Origin: an uncultured virus (IMG/VR IMGVR_UViG_3300046536_000394)
Taxonomy: Duplodnaviria; Heunggongvirae; Uroviricota; Caudoviricetes
Direction: 5' to 3' (one strand)
Virus record (IMG/VR): IMGVR_UViG_3300046536_000394
Length of the DNA: 64,000 nucleotides
Shown one piece after another: positions 48,633 through 58,259 of this stretch. The notes beneath the pieces are model-generated. The model saw only the letters and a list, made by a program, of their open reading frames with translations, had not been told where the DNA came from and ran no database searches. Within the stretch, counting starts at the first letter, position 1; each line of letters starts with the position of its first letter. A program made the position numbers and the translations under genes.

Positions 48633-49561
48633 CGGCGTAGAACCGGGAAGGCATCGTGGACGACGCCGTTGATGGTCCGGCCGCTACGTCCCTTGCCAAC
48701 CTTGCGCACCGTGGCGCCGTCCGGGAATTTGAAATGATCACCCGGTCCCTCGACCTCGGAAACCGATACCCACTCGCCATTTTGCTTGTGGTGATATGGA
48801 ACCCTCCATTGAGCGCACTGATCCCGCAGCGATCGGAATGCCCCCGGATGCGTCGGACGCGCTCTGTGCGCTCCCTGATCGGTTTCTCCGCCTGTTATCA
48901 CCCAATCGATGTAGTGAATAAGAGGCGGTTCCGTCGGTTTGCCCTGGCAACCGCACTCAAATCCACCGCAGCACCGTTCCGGGCCTCCAGGGAAGAGCGA
49001 CTCCGGATACTCCAGATCGAGGTGCTCGAGGAGCGGCTCGCAGGACAGAAACGCGAACAGAGCATCGTTGTCGTGCTTGGCCCTGATGAGATGCGGGACA
49101 TTGAGATCGGCGCGCTTTTGATCCTCGATCGTTGTTCCGATCGCAGCGTTGCTTGGCAAGCCGCCGGCCTCGAGCGCCAGCTTCGTGATGAGCTGCGGCC
49201 GCTTCGTCAGCAGCAGATAGATGAGGCGAGGCGTGTCCCTCATCACCTTGAAGGCGTCGGCCCGCCACTGCGGATCCCACTGGTTGTCGAAGACGTCGGA
49301 AAGACTCGAGCAAAACACGAATGGCCGTGTCCCGTCGCGCTCCGCCTTGCGGTTCCATCTCGCCGGATCATTCCAGGTATGCGCAGATGTCCGGACGCGC
49401 TCGCCGGCGCCGGCCCCAGGCTTGCCCCAATCGACGCGATGATAGCGCTTGTCCATCAGGTTTTCAGCGTAGCAGCCGTCGCATGCCGGCGAGACCTTGG
49501 CGCACCCGATCACAGGATTCCAGGTGTGGTCGCACCAACTGATATGTGTCACTTCACCCAT
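48629..49561 (-). CDS. phage Gp37/Gp68 (DUF5131) family protein
   Basis: ISWCDHTWNPVIGCAKVSPACDGCYA, VFCSSLSDVF, LLTKRP, FLSCEPLL, DWVITGGE. Confidence 0.92.
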   Translation of the reverse strand: MGEVTHISWCDHTWNPVIGCAKVSPACDGCYAENLMDKRYHRVDWGKPGAGAGERVRTSAHTWNDPARWNRKAERDGTRPFVFCSSLSDVFDNQWDPQWRADAFKVMRDTPRLIYLLLTKRPQLITKLALEAGGLPSNAAIGTTIEDQKRADLNVPHLIRAKHDNDALFAFLSCEPLLEHLDLEYPESLFPGGPERCCGGFECGCQGKPTEPPLIHYIDWVITGGETDQGAHRARPTHPGAFRSLRDQCAQWRVPYHHKQNGEWVSVSEVEGPGDHFKFPDGATVRKVGKGRSGRTINGVVHDAFPVLRR

Positions 49562-49562
49562 T

Positions 49563-49781
49563 TTATTCGGTCCCCCGTATAGCCATGATCTTGAGTTTGT
49601 TTTGGGCGGCGATCTTGCGCATAGAGTCGATCGCCTTGCCGATATCGGGCGCCTGCTGCGGGATCAACGCATCCGCAACAAGCTTCTTTGTGAGATCGTG
49701 CATCGCCGTCTTCAGGCTGACATGCGGGCGACACCTCAGATACCAGTTGAGGAAGTCGATCTGGCGTTGCGCGTCCATCAT
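49563..49781 (-). CDS. hypothetical protein
   Basis: 72 aa, operon packing. Confidence 0.55.
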   Translation of the reverse strand: MMDAQRQIDFLNWYLRCRPHVSLKTAMHDLTKKLVADALIPQQAPDIGKAIDSMRKIAAQNKLKIMAIRGTE

Positions 49782-49960
49782 AGTGTTTCCATCTTCGCGA
49801 AGACGACAACGGCGGTCCAGACGACAACGGCGACAGCAACCCCGTAGATGACGAGGGAGAGCGGCGTATCAGCGTTGTACAATTCCCTGAATGTAGCCAT
49901 GACCGACAGCATCAGGCCGGTGCGCGCCAGCCACGCGTTCTTTTTCGTGAGCTTCATCAT
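49778..49960 (-). CDS. small membrane protein
   Basis: Two hydrophobic segments. Confidence 0.55.
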   Translation of the reverse strand: MMKLTKKNAWLARTGLMLSVMATFRELYNADTPLSLVIYGVAVAVVVWTAVVVFAKMETL

Positions 49961-50145
49961 AGGGCACCTATCCAGATGAGGGTGATCACGAACAGGATGG
50001 TTAGCCCGATGAGGCCGACGGTCCCGGTGACAACGGAGACGCCCATGGCTGTGTCGTTATCCGCCCCAGGGCGCGACCTGAAGGTGGCGCGGAGCGAAAG
50101 AACGGTGACAACAATGAGCGCGGCGACAATGAGATAGATCAGCAT
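49957..50145 (-). CDS. small membrane protein
   Basis: Start MLIYLIVAALIVV; two TM segments. Confidence 0.55.
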   Translation of the reverse strand: MLIYLIVAALIVVTVLSLRATFRSRPGADNDTAMGVSVVTGTVGLIGLTILFVITLIWIGAL

Positions 50146-50146
50146 T

Positions 50147-50437
50147 TTATATCCCCATGGCCCTTTCGATGGCCTGTTTCCTGATGATGGCCCATGACTT
50201 ATCGAGGAGCCTGGCGAGCCTGGCCGCTTCGATCCGCTTCTTAGACCCGGCCGGGAATTCCCAAAACGCGGTCTTGCCGAAGCGTTTGATGTAGCGGCGC
50301 AAAAGCATGCTATCGCGCCGCCGCATGTATTTGGGGACAAGCGGCCAATGGCGGCCGCAGATCCATTCGGCGCCGCCTTGTGTCAGCGTCTTCGTCCGCC
50401 GGCAATGCGGGACGCAGCATGGGGTCCGATCCGTCAT
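50147..50437 (-). CDS. Cys/His zinc-finger-like phage protein
   Basis: CCVPHCRRT...WICGRHW. Confidence 0.65.
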   Translation of the reverse strand: MTDRTPCCVPHCRRTKTLTQGGAEWICGRHWPLVPKYMRRRDSMLLRRYIKRFGKTAFWEFPAGSKKRIEAARLARLLDKSWAIIRKQAIERAMGI

Positions 50438-51210
50438 GGATAGAGCCGATCGATGTTGCCATCGAGGACGGTGAATGTGTAGACCAGAACCCAGGGGTTA
50501 AATCCCCACTGGCCAGATCCGTGAATCGTATCCCAAAGAGCGGCATACATTTCGCGCGCCGTTGGCCTCGACAAGACCGGGAAGTTAGGATCCGGATGCT
50601 CGGCCCCCGGGACGATGTAGCCTTTCCATTTCTCGGAATAGACGACGCCTTCCGCCTTGGCATCTTCCTCCGTGATGTCCTGGAGCCGCTCGACGTTGAT
50701 ATCGTCGATCAGCAAGGTGAGGCGCGAGACGACTCGAGGCATATGCATCGCTTGGCGAAACTTGCCGTAGGGCGCCATCTCGTGATCGTCATCGTCCAGG
50801 AAGAACCCCCGATCTGGAGCCTTGCCGATCGACAAGCCGCCACCGGCCTCGTAGCGGATCGCGGCGCCACGGCCGCCCGCCAGCAGGTTCTTCGGCATGT
50901 GATCCTCGCACGTCTTGTCGAACGAGGCGAACGTCCTCCAGGGTTCCCGCACGTAGAAGGCGTCGCCGATCTCTTTGCTTGGCTCATAGAGCTCCGTAAG
51001 GATGGCGCCGCCGCCGACGGCAGATGCGCCGAAACGGAATGCCTTATGCGGATAGCGCGAGTCCCCGGGGACCACGGTCATATCGACATCGCCCTGGCAA
51101 TAGCCATTGTGGAACGGCTGCGGCGATAGGAGTCGACGGCTTTGGTTTTTCAGCTTGGCGCGAAGCAGGTTCACGTTCGGAGCTGTGAATGTGATCGGAT
51201 GCTTCCTCAT
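50434..51210 (-). CDS. ASCH-like phage protein
   Basis: PITF...KNQSRR, GDAFYVREPW, AMHMPRVVSRLTL, VERLQDITEEDAKAEG, W..NPWV. Confidence 0.8.
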   Translation of the reverse strand: MRKHPITFTAPNVNLLRAKLKNQSRRLLSPQPFHNGYCQGDVDMTVVPGDSRYPHKAFRFGASAVGGGAILTELYEPSKEIGDAFYVREPWRTFASFDKTCEDHMPKNLLAGGRGAAIRYEAGGGLSIGKAPDRGFFLDDDDHEMAPYGKFRQAMHMPRVVSRLTLLIDDINVERLQDITEEDAKAEGVVYSEKWKGYIVPGAEHPDPNFPVLSRPTAREMYAALWDTIHGSGQWGFNPWVLVYTFTVLDGNIDRLYP

Positions 51211-51485
51211 CGGCCCTCCTCCGCAGCCAGCATCTTGGAGAGCTCGATCGGCAACAGCTTCTCCATCGACTTCCGGTAAACCTTGCGGCCATGGGGATCA
51301 TCGATCGATGCCAGAAACGATGCCTGGAGCCGCACGAAGGCAGCAACAAAGGCGCGCGGATCCGGCTGGCGCCCTTGCTGCTTCACCTTGCGGGTGATTT
51401 CCGAAAACACGGTGGAGAACCCGGCGATGAGCTCTTCGGTCTGGACGTCCATTTCGGACTTTTTACGCTCGCTTGCGGTCATCAA
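51207..51485 (-). CDS. hypothetical protein
   Basis: 92 aa, overlaps neighbours. Confidence 0.55.
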   Translation of the reverse strand: MMTASERKKSEMDVQTEELIAGFSTVFSEITRKVKQQGRQPDPRAFVAAFVRLQASFLASIDDPHGRKVYRKSMEKLLPIELSKMLAAEEGR

Positions 51486-51931
51486 AACTCGTACTCCCCT
51501 TCGGGTTCACCATTGCCTCTATCGACGCGCGGCGGACTCAAGACTTCCTCAAGCACGGCCTGCAGCCTGTCGCCCGTCGGCGCCGATGCCGGGAGATCCG
51601 ATAGGGGCGGCCTATCCTCGATCTCATCGAAGTCCGGATCCGGCCGGCTCAAATCGCCAAGCGCCACGGTATGGAATTGGTCGAAGCTCATGACCCAGGC
51701 GACATCGTGGTTCTTGTCGATGCCGATGATGACGCCTTTCAAATCACCGCCATCCCAAACGACCAAGTCGGCGATCTCGAAAGCTGCGCGATGCATGACG
51801 GCGTCGGTTTGATTGATGTAGATGTTGGACGATCGCGGCATCTCGACTTTCATCTGGCCGCCCTCTTTGTCGACCCACATGACCTCGCCAAGAACCATGA
51901 CGAGATCGCCCTTTTTGAACAAATCAGCCAT
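51482..51931 (-). CDS. hypothetical protein with tandem SH3-like units
   Basis: FKKGDLVMV and FEIADLVVW; AAGGAG RBS. Confidence 0.6.
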   Translation of the reverse strand: MADLFKKGDLVMVLGEVMWVDKEGGQMKVEMPRSSNIYINQTDAVMHRAAFEIADLVVWDGGDLKGVIIGIDKNHDVAWVMSFDQFHTVALGDLSRPDPDFDEIEDRPPLSDLPASAPTGDRLQAVLEEVLSPPRVDRGNGEPEGEYEF

Positions 51932-52241
51932 TCGCCGTCTCCTTGAATTCCCCATGCAGGGTTTTGATGCGCGGTAGCGAGATCACTACGCTGACCTGTC
52001 GAGACCCGTTGTCGCGAACCTTGTTCAGCATAACTTTCTCGGCAGTAGCCTCCGGCCGGGAACGTCTATTGTCCTCCCGGCTGGACTGGTCGCGGATCCT
52101 TCCTTCGTAGATCCGGTGGCGGGCGGCGGCGACGACGTCGCGCCCCACCTCGAGCTCTTTGGCGATCTGGCCAGTATTCTTGCCGGCCTCAAAGAGCTCC
52201 CGGATTTTTCCGTCCGGTGGCGGGATCTGCTTCTTCCTCAT
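51924..52241 (-). CDS. HTH DNA-binding protein
   Basis: IRELFEAGKNTGQIAKELEVGRDVV. Confidence 0.65.
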   Translation of the reverse strand: MRKKQIPPPDGKIRELFEAGKNTGQIAKELEVGRDVVAAARHRIYEGRIRDQSSREDNRRSRPEATAEKVMLNKVRDNGSRQVSVVISLPRIKTLHGEFKETANG

Positions 52242-53485
52242 TTCGCAGCCGCCTTCTTCACCGGCAGATCCTTGTCGTCGAAGCCGGCGAGCCCGTTGAT
52301 GTATTTGCGCATCGGCTCCGGCTTCTTCCGATCCATGACAACATCCATGCAGGTATCGAAAATGGCCGATGCCTTCTCGCGGATCTCCATGGCAACGTTG
52401 TCCGACGGATAGGTGGCGAGGAAGCCGTTGCGCTGCGCCTTTAGGACGAGGACGTCGCCGCCTGGGTTCGTCGCCGCCCAAAGTGACGTTGTCAGGTTGC
52501 GCAGCCATTCCCAATCCATGACCGTCGGGCGGCCATTGTTGGCGACGGGGAGATCCTTCTTGACCTCCTCCTTCTCGGCAATATCAGGGGACGACTCGGC
52601 AATAGGGGTGTCCGTGTCGTCCCCGGTGGAGGGCTCTTCATTGGAGATGGAGTGGCCCTCCTCTTCCGCGGCTGAAACGCTCACGGAATCTGAATTCGAT
52701 TTGGTCTCATCGACCTTTTCGCCATTGGTATCGGCGTTGATGCGATCGCTATCGAAGCCGTCGGTCTTTCCCGATTGCGCTGCGCGGAGCCGCTCGAGGA
52801 CGGCGGACCCGGAGTGCGTCGTCCGCGCCGGGGTGACGTCGCGCATCGTCTGCTGCGGCTCGTATTCGTCGGCCGCCATGATGCCAAGCATTGCGCCTGG
52901 TTCGTGCAGGCGAGCCCACTCGCGGGCGCCACGGTTGAAAAGCATCTTCCGCCAGTCCGACGGCTTCGACCACGCTGAATTCGCTCCTGTCGTCTTCCAG
53001 TTGTTGACGTTGCCATCGACGTAGCGGCCCATGGACCCGTCCTCGAGCACTTCGAAGACGCGGACAGCCAGATCTTCATTTGGCGTGGCGATGCCGACCT
53101 GGGTTTCCTTCATCTCCGGATCCCACTTGCCGAAGGCGTGCTTCAGCTCGACGGACAGCACCGTATTGAGAACGGCGGCCACAAGCTTGCCTTCGAACAT
53201 CAACTTGCCGCGCACGATCGATGTCGCCTGCGAAACCGAGAATGGGTCCAGCTTCCAGTTGAAGGAGATGTTGGCGATCAGAAAGCAGTTCGCCTTGATG
53301 ACGTCGAACGACAATTCGGTTTTCGGATCCGTGGTCATGTCGAACCGGAGCGACTCCGGTATCAGCGACGACATCGCCATGACATCTGCGATCGCCATGA
53401 TTTGGGTGAAGTGGCCGACGTCCAGCAGCGGGTTCGTGCGGGCGATCGGGAAGAACTGTTCTTCGGTTGCTACTATTTCGTTCAT
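52238..53485 (-). CDS. RecT-like ssDNA annealing protein with acidic C-terminal extension
   Basis: ANCFLI...WKLDPFSVSQATSIVRGKLMFEGKLVAAV...MLFNRGAREWARLHEPGAMLGI; adjacent to RecE-like nuclease. Confidence 0.8.
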   Translation of the reverse strand: MNEIVATEEQFFPIARTNPLLDVGHFTQIMAIADVMAMSSLIPESLRFDMTTDPKTELSFDVIKANCFLIANISFNWKLDPFSVSQATSIVRGKLMFEGKLVAAVLNTVLSVELKHAFGKWDPEMKETQVGIATPNEDLAVRVFEVLEDGSMGRYVDGNVNNWKTTGANSAWSKPSDWRKMLFNRGAREWARLHEPGAMLGIMAADEYEPQQTMRDVTPARTTHSGSAVLERLRAAQSGKTDGFDSDRINADTNGEKVDETKSNSDSVSVSAAEEEGHSISNEEPSTGDDTDTPIAESSPDIAEKEEVKKDLPVANNGRPTVMDWEWLRNLTTSLWAATNPGGDVLVLKAQRNGFLATYPSDNVAMEIREKASAIFDTCMDVVMDRKKPEPMRKYINGLAGFDDKDLPVKKAAAK

Positions 53486-54417
53486 GGGTGAAATCCATCC
53501 ATTGCTAGGGCTTTGACGAGGCGATCGCGTTCGAATTTCTTCATCCGGATCGATTGGTTTTCCCGGGTGTAGACCGCGACCCCGGGCCATTCGCCGGTGT
53601 CGAGACCATGCCGGATCTTGTGCAGTGCGTAGTTGACGGTGGCGATGCCGATGAGGATGTCTTCCTCATCCATCACCCTGAAGTCGCTGTCGGCGTAGTC
53701 CTTAGACAGCGTGTAAAACAGCGTGAAGGAGTGGAACGGGATCTGCAGCAAGTCGCAAACCATCTTGGTCATCGCCGCCTGCAGGTAGTAACCCATGTCG
53801 CCGATCTGCTTCTCGAGGAAGTCCGGATCCATGGATGATGTCGTCTTCACGTCGCCGAAGTCGCCATCGGCGGCGCGCACGTCTGGCCTCGAGCGCAGCC
53901 AGATCCCGGTACGTGGGCATCTGGCAAACATCGAGATTTCGACGTCGCCGTTCAACCCGCCGGCCTGGACGAACGGATGCTTCGACGCATCATCGGCCAT
54001 GCGCTTGATCTGCTCGAGCTGTTCCGTCGACAAGGTGACGAGACCGGACTCCGCCATGCGCTTGAACCAGTTCTGCCAGACGCGCTTGTTGCCATGATAG
54101 GTCTCGCCTTCGACCTTCTCCGGGATGATGACAAACTTGTCCTTGAAGACTTCATCACCCAAAAGGATGGCGTGGACCGCCTTGCCGAAATCCATCTCGC
54201 GCGATGAGGGGCGCTTGATGCGATTCGGATTGCCGGCGTAATGCTGGAAAAACCGTTTCGGCGTGCCATTGGGCGGCGCCAGATGCTTGACGCTGGACTT
54301 CGAAACAGACGGTCCGGAGAGGAGCGTGGTGTCGTTGTGATAGACCTCGAGCGGGATGCCGCGGTAGAGACCCGGCTTCGTGATCGTGGTCCCCTCTTCC
54401 CAATCTATAATCTCCAA
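53482..54417 (-). CDS. RecE/exonuclease VIII-like PD-(D/E)XK nuclease (DUF3799)
   Basis: PGLYRGIP...YH, MDFGKAVH, LRSRPD, DVKTT, YYLQAAM, GEWPG. Confidence 0.88.
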   Translation of the reverse strand: MEIIDWEEGTTITKPGLYRGIPLEVYHNDTTLLSGPSVSKSSVKHLAPPNGTPKRFFQHYAGNPNRIKRPSSREMDFGKAVHAILLGDEVFKDKFVIIPEKVEGETYHGNKRVWQNWFKRMAESGLVTLSTEQLEQIKRMADDASKHPFVQAGGLNGDVEISMFARCPRTGIWLRSRPDVRAADGDFGDVKTTSSMDPDFLEKQIGDMGYYLQAAMTKMVCDLLQIPFHSFTLFYTLSKDYADSDFRVMDEEDILIGIATVNYALHKIRHGLDTGEWPGVAVYTRENQSIRMKKFERDRLVKALAMDGFHP

Positions 54418-54498
54418 AGAAGTATTCCTCGTGTGTTGATGCAGCAGGCTGCAACGGCGAATATCGCCGCGCAGATGACGAAGAGGGCGGAAGAGCTT

Positions 54499-54693
54499 TT
54501 ACAGCTCCTCCAGATCATGCCGGACATCAGCAGGAACCCGGCGGACTCGACGATCAGGAGCGCGGTGGCGATCTCGATTAAACCGCTCTTCATATCGCGC
54601 ATACTTCCTCCTGTTCCCTTTGAGGTACATCCCGATGCCGACGGCGCCGGCGATACAAAAACCAAACCAGACCGAAAGCCCGAAGACGATCAT
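54499..54693 (-). CDS. small membrane-anchored protein
   Basis: Hydrophobic N-terminus; ATGA overlap; an overlapping hydrophobic ORF ending at 54405 may also be real. Confidence 0.4.
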   Translation of the reverse strand: MIVFGLSVWFGFCIAGAVGIGMYLKGNRRKYARYEERFNRDRHRAPDRRVRRVPADVRHDLEEL

Positions 54694-55955
54694 GCGATGA
54701 CAAGCCCAACATTGCGGATCTTGCTGTCGAGGATGGCAGTGACGATCGCACCGGCAGCTTCAGACCGGCTCTTCGTTGCCGCCATAACCCCTGTGATGTC
54801 GTCGCAGATTTCCTTGAAGATGCGTTCCGCCTCATCCTTGCGGATCCGCTGGCGTTCGGTCTCGGCTTCAGCGGCCGCCCGGGCGTCGGCATCTTCCTTC
54901 TCGAGGCGCTGGCGTTCGTTCTCGGCGGCGATGTCGTCGTCGATCTTCTTCTGTGCTGCGGCCTGCCTGTCGGTTTCCTCCTTCTCGAGGCGGTCCCGTT
55001 CAAGCTTGTCGGCGCGCTCCGTGGCGTCGAGGGCGTCCTGCTCCGCCTTCTTCACCCGGGCGTCGGCGTCGGCGATCGCCTGCAGACGCTCTTCCTCGGC
55101 CTTGTCTGCGGCGGCGGCTTCATCCTTCTCCACGTAGAGCTTGCGGAGCGCGCCGTTGTAGGCTTGCGTCGCCTGATCGCGGAGATCGCCATAGCTGGCA
55201 TCGATCTGCATGCCATCGAGCGCCTTGAAGCGGGCCGCCAGTTCGGCCTTCTCGCCATCCAGGAAGCCGTTGCCGATATCGATGATGACGCGGATCGAGT
55301 CCTTGGCCGCCTGTTCGCGCTCCGCCTTGTCGGCCTTGTCGCGGAGAGCGGCGAGCTCGAGCCGGTTCGTTTCGGCCACTGCGGCTTCAGCTTCAGCGTT
55401 GATCGCCGCCGTCTTCGCCCGAACCAGGTTCGTATAGGCGGCTTCGATGACGAGTTTGGCCTCATCCTCGAATTCGTCATAGGTCGACATCTCATCCGTC
55501 GGCAGCGAGTCGATGCGAACCTGGATCTGTGCCGACGTCTCGCCGAAGTTGACCTGGCCGGCGAGGCGGGCGGCCTCGATCTTGGCCTGGAGGCGTTCCT
55601 TGCGGAGCTTTTCGGCGTCCTCGAATTTCGTCAGCGGATCCCGGACCGTCTTCTGGCGGGTCTCGAGCTCATCCCAAATCTCGGAACGATCGGCGTTGAC
55701 CTGGTTGACAACAAGCTGCGCCTCTTCCTTGCGCTTCGCTCCGGCCTCATCGATGCGGTTCTTCAGTGAGGCAAGGGCGGCGGCCGTCGACTTCAGGACG
55801 TCGCGCTCCTTCTTCGACTCAATGGTTGTCGGAACGTCCTTCAGAACGACGTCGAGCTGCTCGAGGAACGCGGTACGGGCATCCTTACCGAGATCGGGGT
55901 GGAAGAGCTGCAGAACCTTTGCAGGCTCCAATGTCATGATTTCAAGTTTAGCCAC
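54690..55955 (-). CDS. long coiled-coil phage protein
   Basis: Glu/Ala/Arg-rich heptads; VRDPLTKFE motif. Confidence 0.75.
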   Translation of the reverse strand: MAKLEIMTLEPAKVLQLFHPDLGKDARTAFLEQLDVVLKDVPTTIESKKERDVLKSTAAALASLKNRIDEAGAKRKEEAQLVVNQVNADRSEIWDELETRQKTVRDPLTKFEDAEKLRKERLQAKIEAARLAGQVNFGETSAQIQVRIDSLPTDEMSTYDEFEDEAKLVIEAAYTNLVRAKTAAINAEAEAAVAETNRLELAALRDKADKAEREQAAKDSIRVIIDIGNGFLDGEKAELAARFKALDGMQIDASYGDLRDQATQAYNGALRKLYVEKDEAAAADKAEEERLQAIADADARVKKAEQDALDATERADKLERDRLEKEETDRQAAAQKKIDDDIAAENERQRLEKEDADARAAAEAETERQRIRKDEAERIFKEICDDITGVMAATKSRSEAAGAIVTAILDSKIRNVGLVIA

Positions 55956-56065
55956 TGTGTTATCGCCTTTCGAGCCGGAGGTAAGCTGAGATGCAGACGC
56001 GCGCCTGATCCATGAATTCTTTCTTGATCGCCGGCCGCATGTTGCGCCAGCGGGTGTCGGCCCAC

Positions 56066-56257
56066 TTAGGATCCTTCACTTGGGCCCAAAACTCCCACAT
56101 CGCCTTTGCCGCGGGCTCGATCGACTTTTCTTCCATCAACCAGTTCCTCGTATTCGTTCCGATATTGCTGGCGCAGCTCGGCGTTGGGTTCGTTGACTAA
56201 CAGCCATTCCAATTCCTTGATCTGGCCGGCGATCGGGAGATGCGAGTTACGCTTCAT
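56066..56257 (-). CDS. hypothetical protein
   Basis: 63 aa, overlaps the upstream gene. Confidence 0.45.
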   Translation of the reverse strand: MKRNSHLPIAGQIKELEWLLVNEPNAELRQQYRNEYEELVDGRKVDRARGKGDVGVLGPSEGS

Positions 56258-56489
56258 CTGGCTTCTTCTCCGCTGGCGGGGTTAGAGTTGTCCAGCCGCA
56301 CATGATGGCTATGGCGCAAACCCTTGCGAGGCCATGGCCGAGACTGACGTCCCCGAAGGCGGCCTCGACCAGGCCGGCACAGCGTTCGCGTTCGGCCCGA
56401 AGAGCGTTGAGATGATCGGCGTTCGTGATGTAGTGGCCACCCAATTGCTCCTCCATCTTCCCGCACATATGAGGCGAGTAGCGCTTCAT
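56247..56489 (-). CDS. hypothetical protein
   Basis: Start MKRYSP; RAERERCA motif common in phage early proteins. Confidence 0.55.
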   Translation of the reverse strand: MKRYSPHMCGKMEEQLGGHYITNADHLNALRAERERCAGLVEAAFGDVSLGHGLARVCAIAIMCGWTTLTPPAEKKPDEA

Positions 56490-56779
56490 TCCGGAAACTC
56501 CGGAGGGGCATCGAACATCGGCGCCCAGGCGTAGAGATCGCGATCGGTTTTGATGCCGGCCCACCAACCCGTCGGGTGCTGCTTCGTCGGTTCCGTCCGA
56601 TACGTCGGGATCCACTTCATCACCCCGGCATCGATGACGGCGCCAAGGATCGGCTCCGACTTGAACGACGTCGTTGTCCGTGTCCCGCCCTTGCCGTCCG
56701 GCCCGGTATGAACCAGCGTCTTGCCTCGAGGCGCGTTCTCGACGTCGTAACGCCACATGAAAATAACTGTCCTGCTCAT
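56486..56779 (-). CDS. hypothetical protein
   Basis: WRYDVENAPRG...AWAPM. Confidence 0.6.
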   Translation of the reverse strand: MSRTVIFMWRYDVENAPRGKTLVHTGPDGKGGTRTTTSFKSEPILGAVIDAGVMKWIPTYRTEPTKQHPTGWWAGIKTDRDLYAWAPMFDAPPEFPE

Positions 56780-57363
56780 AAAACTATCCATCCCCGTTGT
56801 AGTGACAGCGCCACGGCGGCCGTCGTGTTTCTGACGTTGAGCTTGTGGCGGATCGCCGTGTTCAAATGAACCATCGAGCTAGCCGACCTCTTCATGACGC
56901 GCCCGATCTCCGCGTTGGTGTGGCCATGCGCCGCCAGCGAAAGAGCCTCAGTCTCGATGACGTTGAGCGGAGAGCGCATCTTCGCATCTATCCTATCCAA
57001 CGCCTTCGAAACCAACTGGATCGCGTCCAGGATATCGTTGCCGCCGTCTGGTTTTGGAGAGCGAAAGGCGAACCGGAGCTGGCGTGCTGCATCGATCAGC
57101 GTGAGATCCCCAACCGGCGCGACGCGCTCCATCATGTCAAAATCTTCGGCGAGGGCTTCGGCGCATGCCTTCCAGCCGTCACGCCATCCAGCCTGCCGGC
57201 TTTCGTGCTTCGGTATGTTGGCGTAGGATTTCAAGATATCGCGCCATCCTGGCGGAATTGGTGGTTTCGTCATCTCGACTTCCTCGTGAAGTGCATTCGA
57301 TAGCAGCCCTTGGCAAATTTCGATGGCTCGAATGGCTCTCTCACCAATGATGTCCCGGTCCAT
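56776..57363 (-). CDS. protein with C-terminal LuxR-type HTH
   Basis: LNVIETEALSLAAHGHTNAEIG...HLNTAIRHKLNVRNTTAAVA. Confidence 0.85.
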   Translation of the reverse strand: MDRDIIGERAIRAIEICQGLLSNALHEEVEMTKPPIPPGWRDILKSYANIPKHESRQAGWRDGWKACAEALAEDFDMMERVAPVGDLTLIDAARQLRFAFRSPKPDGGNDILDAIQLVSKALDRIDAKMRSPLNVIETEALSLAAHGHTNAEIGRVMKRSASSMVHLNTAIRHKLNVRNTTAAVALSLQRGWIVL

Positions 57364-57463
57364 TGCATTCCATTCTCTTTTGCGAGGGCCCTGGCCGCGT
57401 CGCGTTCTGCATTAGAAGCCACTACGACTTCAGCACGATCGTCGCTTATCCTGAGGCACAGCG

Positions 57464-58144
57464 TCATTTCGCATCGCGCTCGCGGATCCGGCGTTCGAAG
57501 TCGGCGATTCGTGCGTCGTCTTGCGCTTTGCGGCCGCTGGAATGATACCAGTTGTCGCTCATCGAAGCGGCGTATTGGTAGTATTTCAGGCGCTCCAGCT
57601 CTTCCTCGAGCGTCGGCATCGGGACGAAGTCGTCCGGGATCCCCATCTTCGCAGCGGGCACCCCCATGACATCGGCCATGTGCTTGCGGTTCATCTCCGC
57701 CCACTGCTCATAGGAAAGTACAAGTGGATCGGCAGTCGGAGCGCCAAACAATGCCTCGCCGACCTGGACCGGTCCCGCGGGGTCTCGCTTCGGATTAGGA
57801 ATGCGTTTGCCGGCATTGAGGAGCTCGATACACGCCTTGGCGTACTCTGCGGCGTCATCGTCCACGAAGCCGGAGAACATGCCTGCGAGCCCTACCCTGA
57901 CGGCGCCCTTTCGGCATGCCTGGAAATAATGGATGCCGGTGACGTAGTCGGTCATGAAGGCGGAGATGTGCCGATGCGACAGACCCGGGAATTTCTCGCG
58001 GGCATCCTTCAGCAGATCTCTCTTGATACCAATTTTCAGGGGACGCTTTGCAAGCCCTGGGGCGACGAAGCAATTCGGATACTCGTGCACCATAGCGGTG
58101 CGGAGCTGGTTCATTTCCAGCTTAGAAACCCGTTTGCGGGACAT
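57464..58144 (-). CDS. ProQ/FinO-domain RNA chaperone
   Basis: EYPNCF...RPLKIGIKRDL...YVTGIHY...GAVRVGLAG...V....AEYA is the FinO-domain signature; start MSRK after GGAG RBS. Confidence 0.88.
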   Translation of the reverse strand: MSRKRVSKLEMNQLRTAMVHEYPNCFVAPGLAKRPLKIGIKRDLLKDAREKFPGLSHRHISAFMTDYVTGIHYFQACRKGAVRVGLAGMFSGFVDDDAAEYAKACIELLNAGKRIPNPKRDPAGPVQVGEALFGAPTADPLVLSYEQWAEMNRKHMADVMGVPAAKMGIPDDFVPMPTLEEELERLKYYQYAASMSDNWYHSSGRKAQDDARIADFERRIRERDAK

Positions 58145-58169
58145 TGATTCCATCTCCAAGGAACGATGG

Positions 58170-58215
58170 ATTATGTATACCTTTCTGATTAGAAAGCGCA
58201 ATAGGTATACGAATA
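58170..58215 (-). promoter_or_regulatory. putative leftward promoter with GTATAC boxes
   Basis: Minus strand TTGCGC-N16-TATACA in AT-rich DNA; two GTATAC palindromes. Confidence 0.55.
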
Positions 58216-58259
58216 AAAATATACAATTTTATCGACCTGGGATTAATCCCTATTGACGA

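Noticed and set aside
54690..55955. TolA or SMC call for the long helical protein
   Set aside because: No TM anchor or ATPase motifs; similarity would be compositional only
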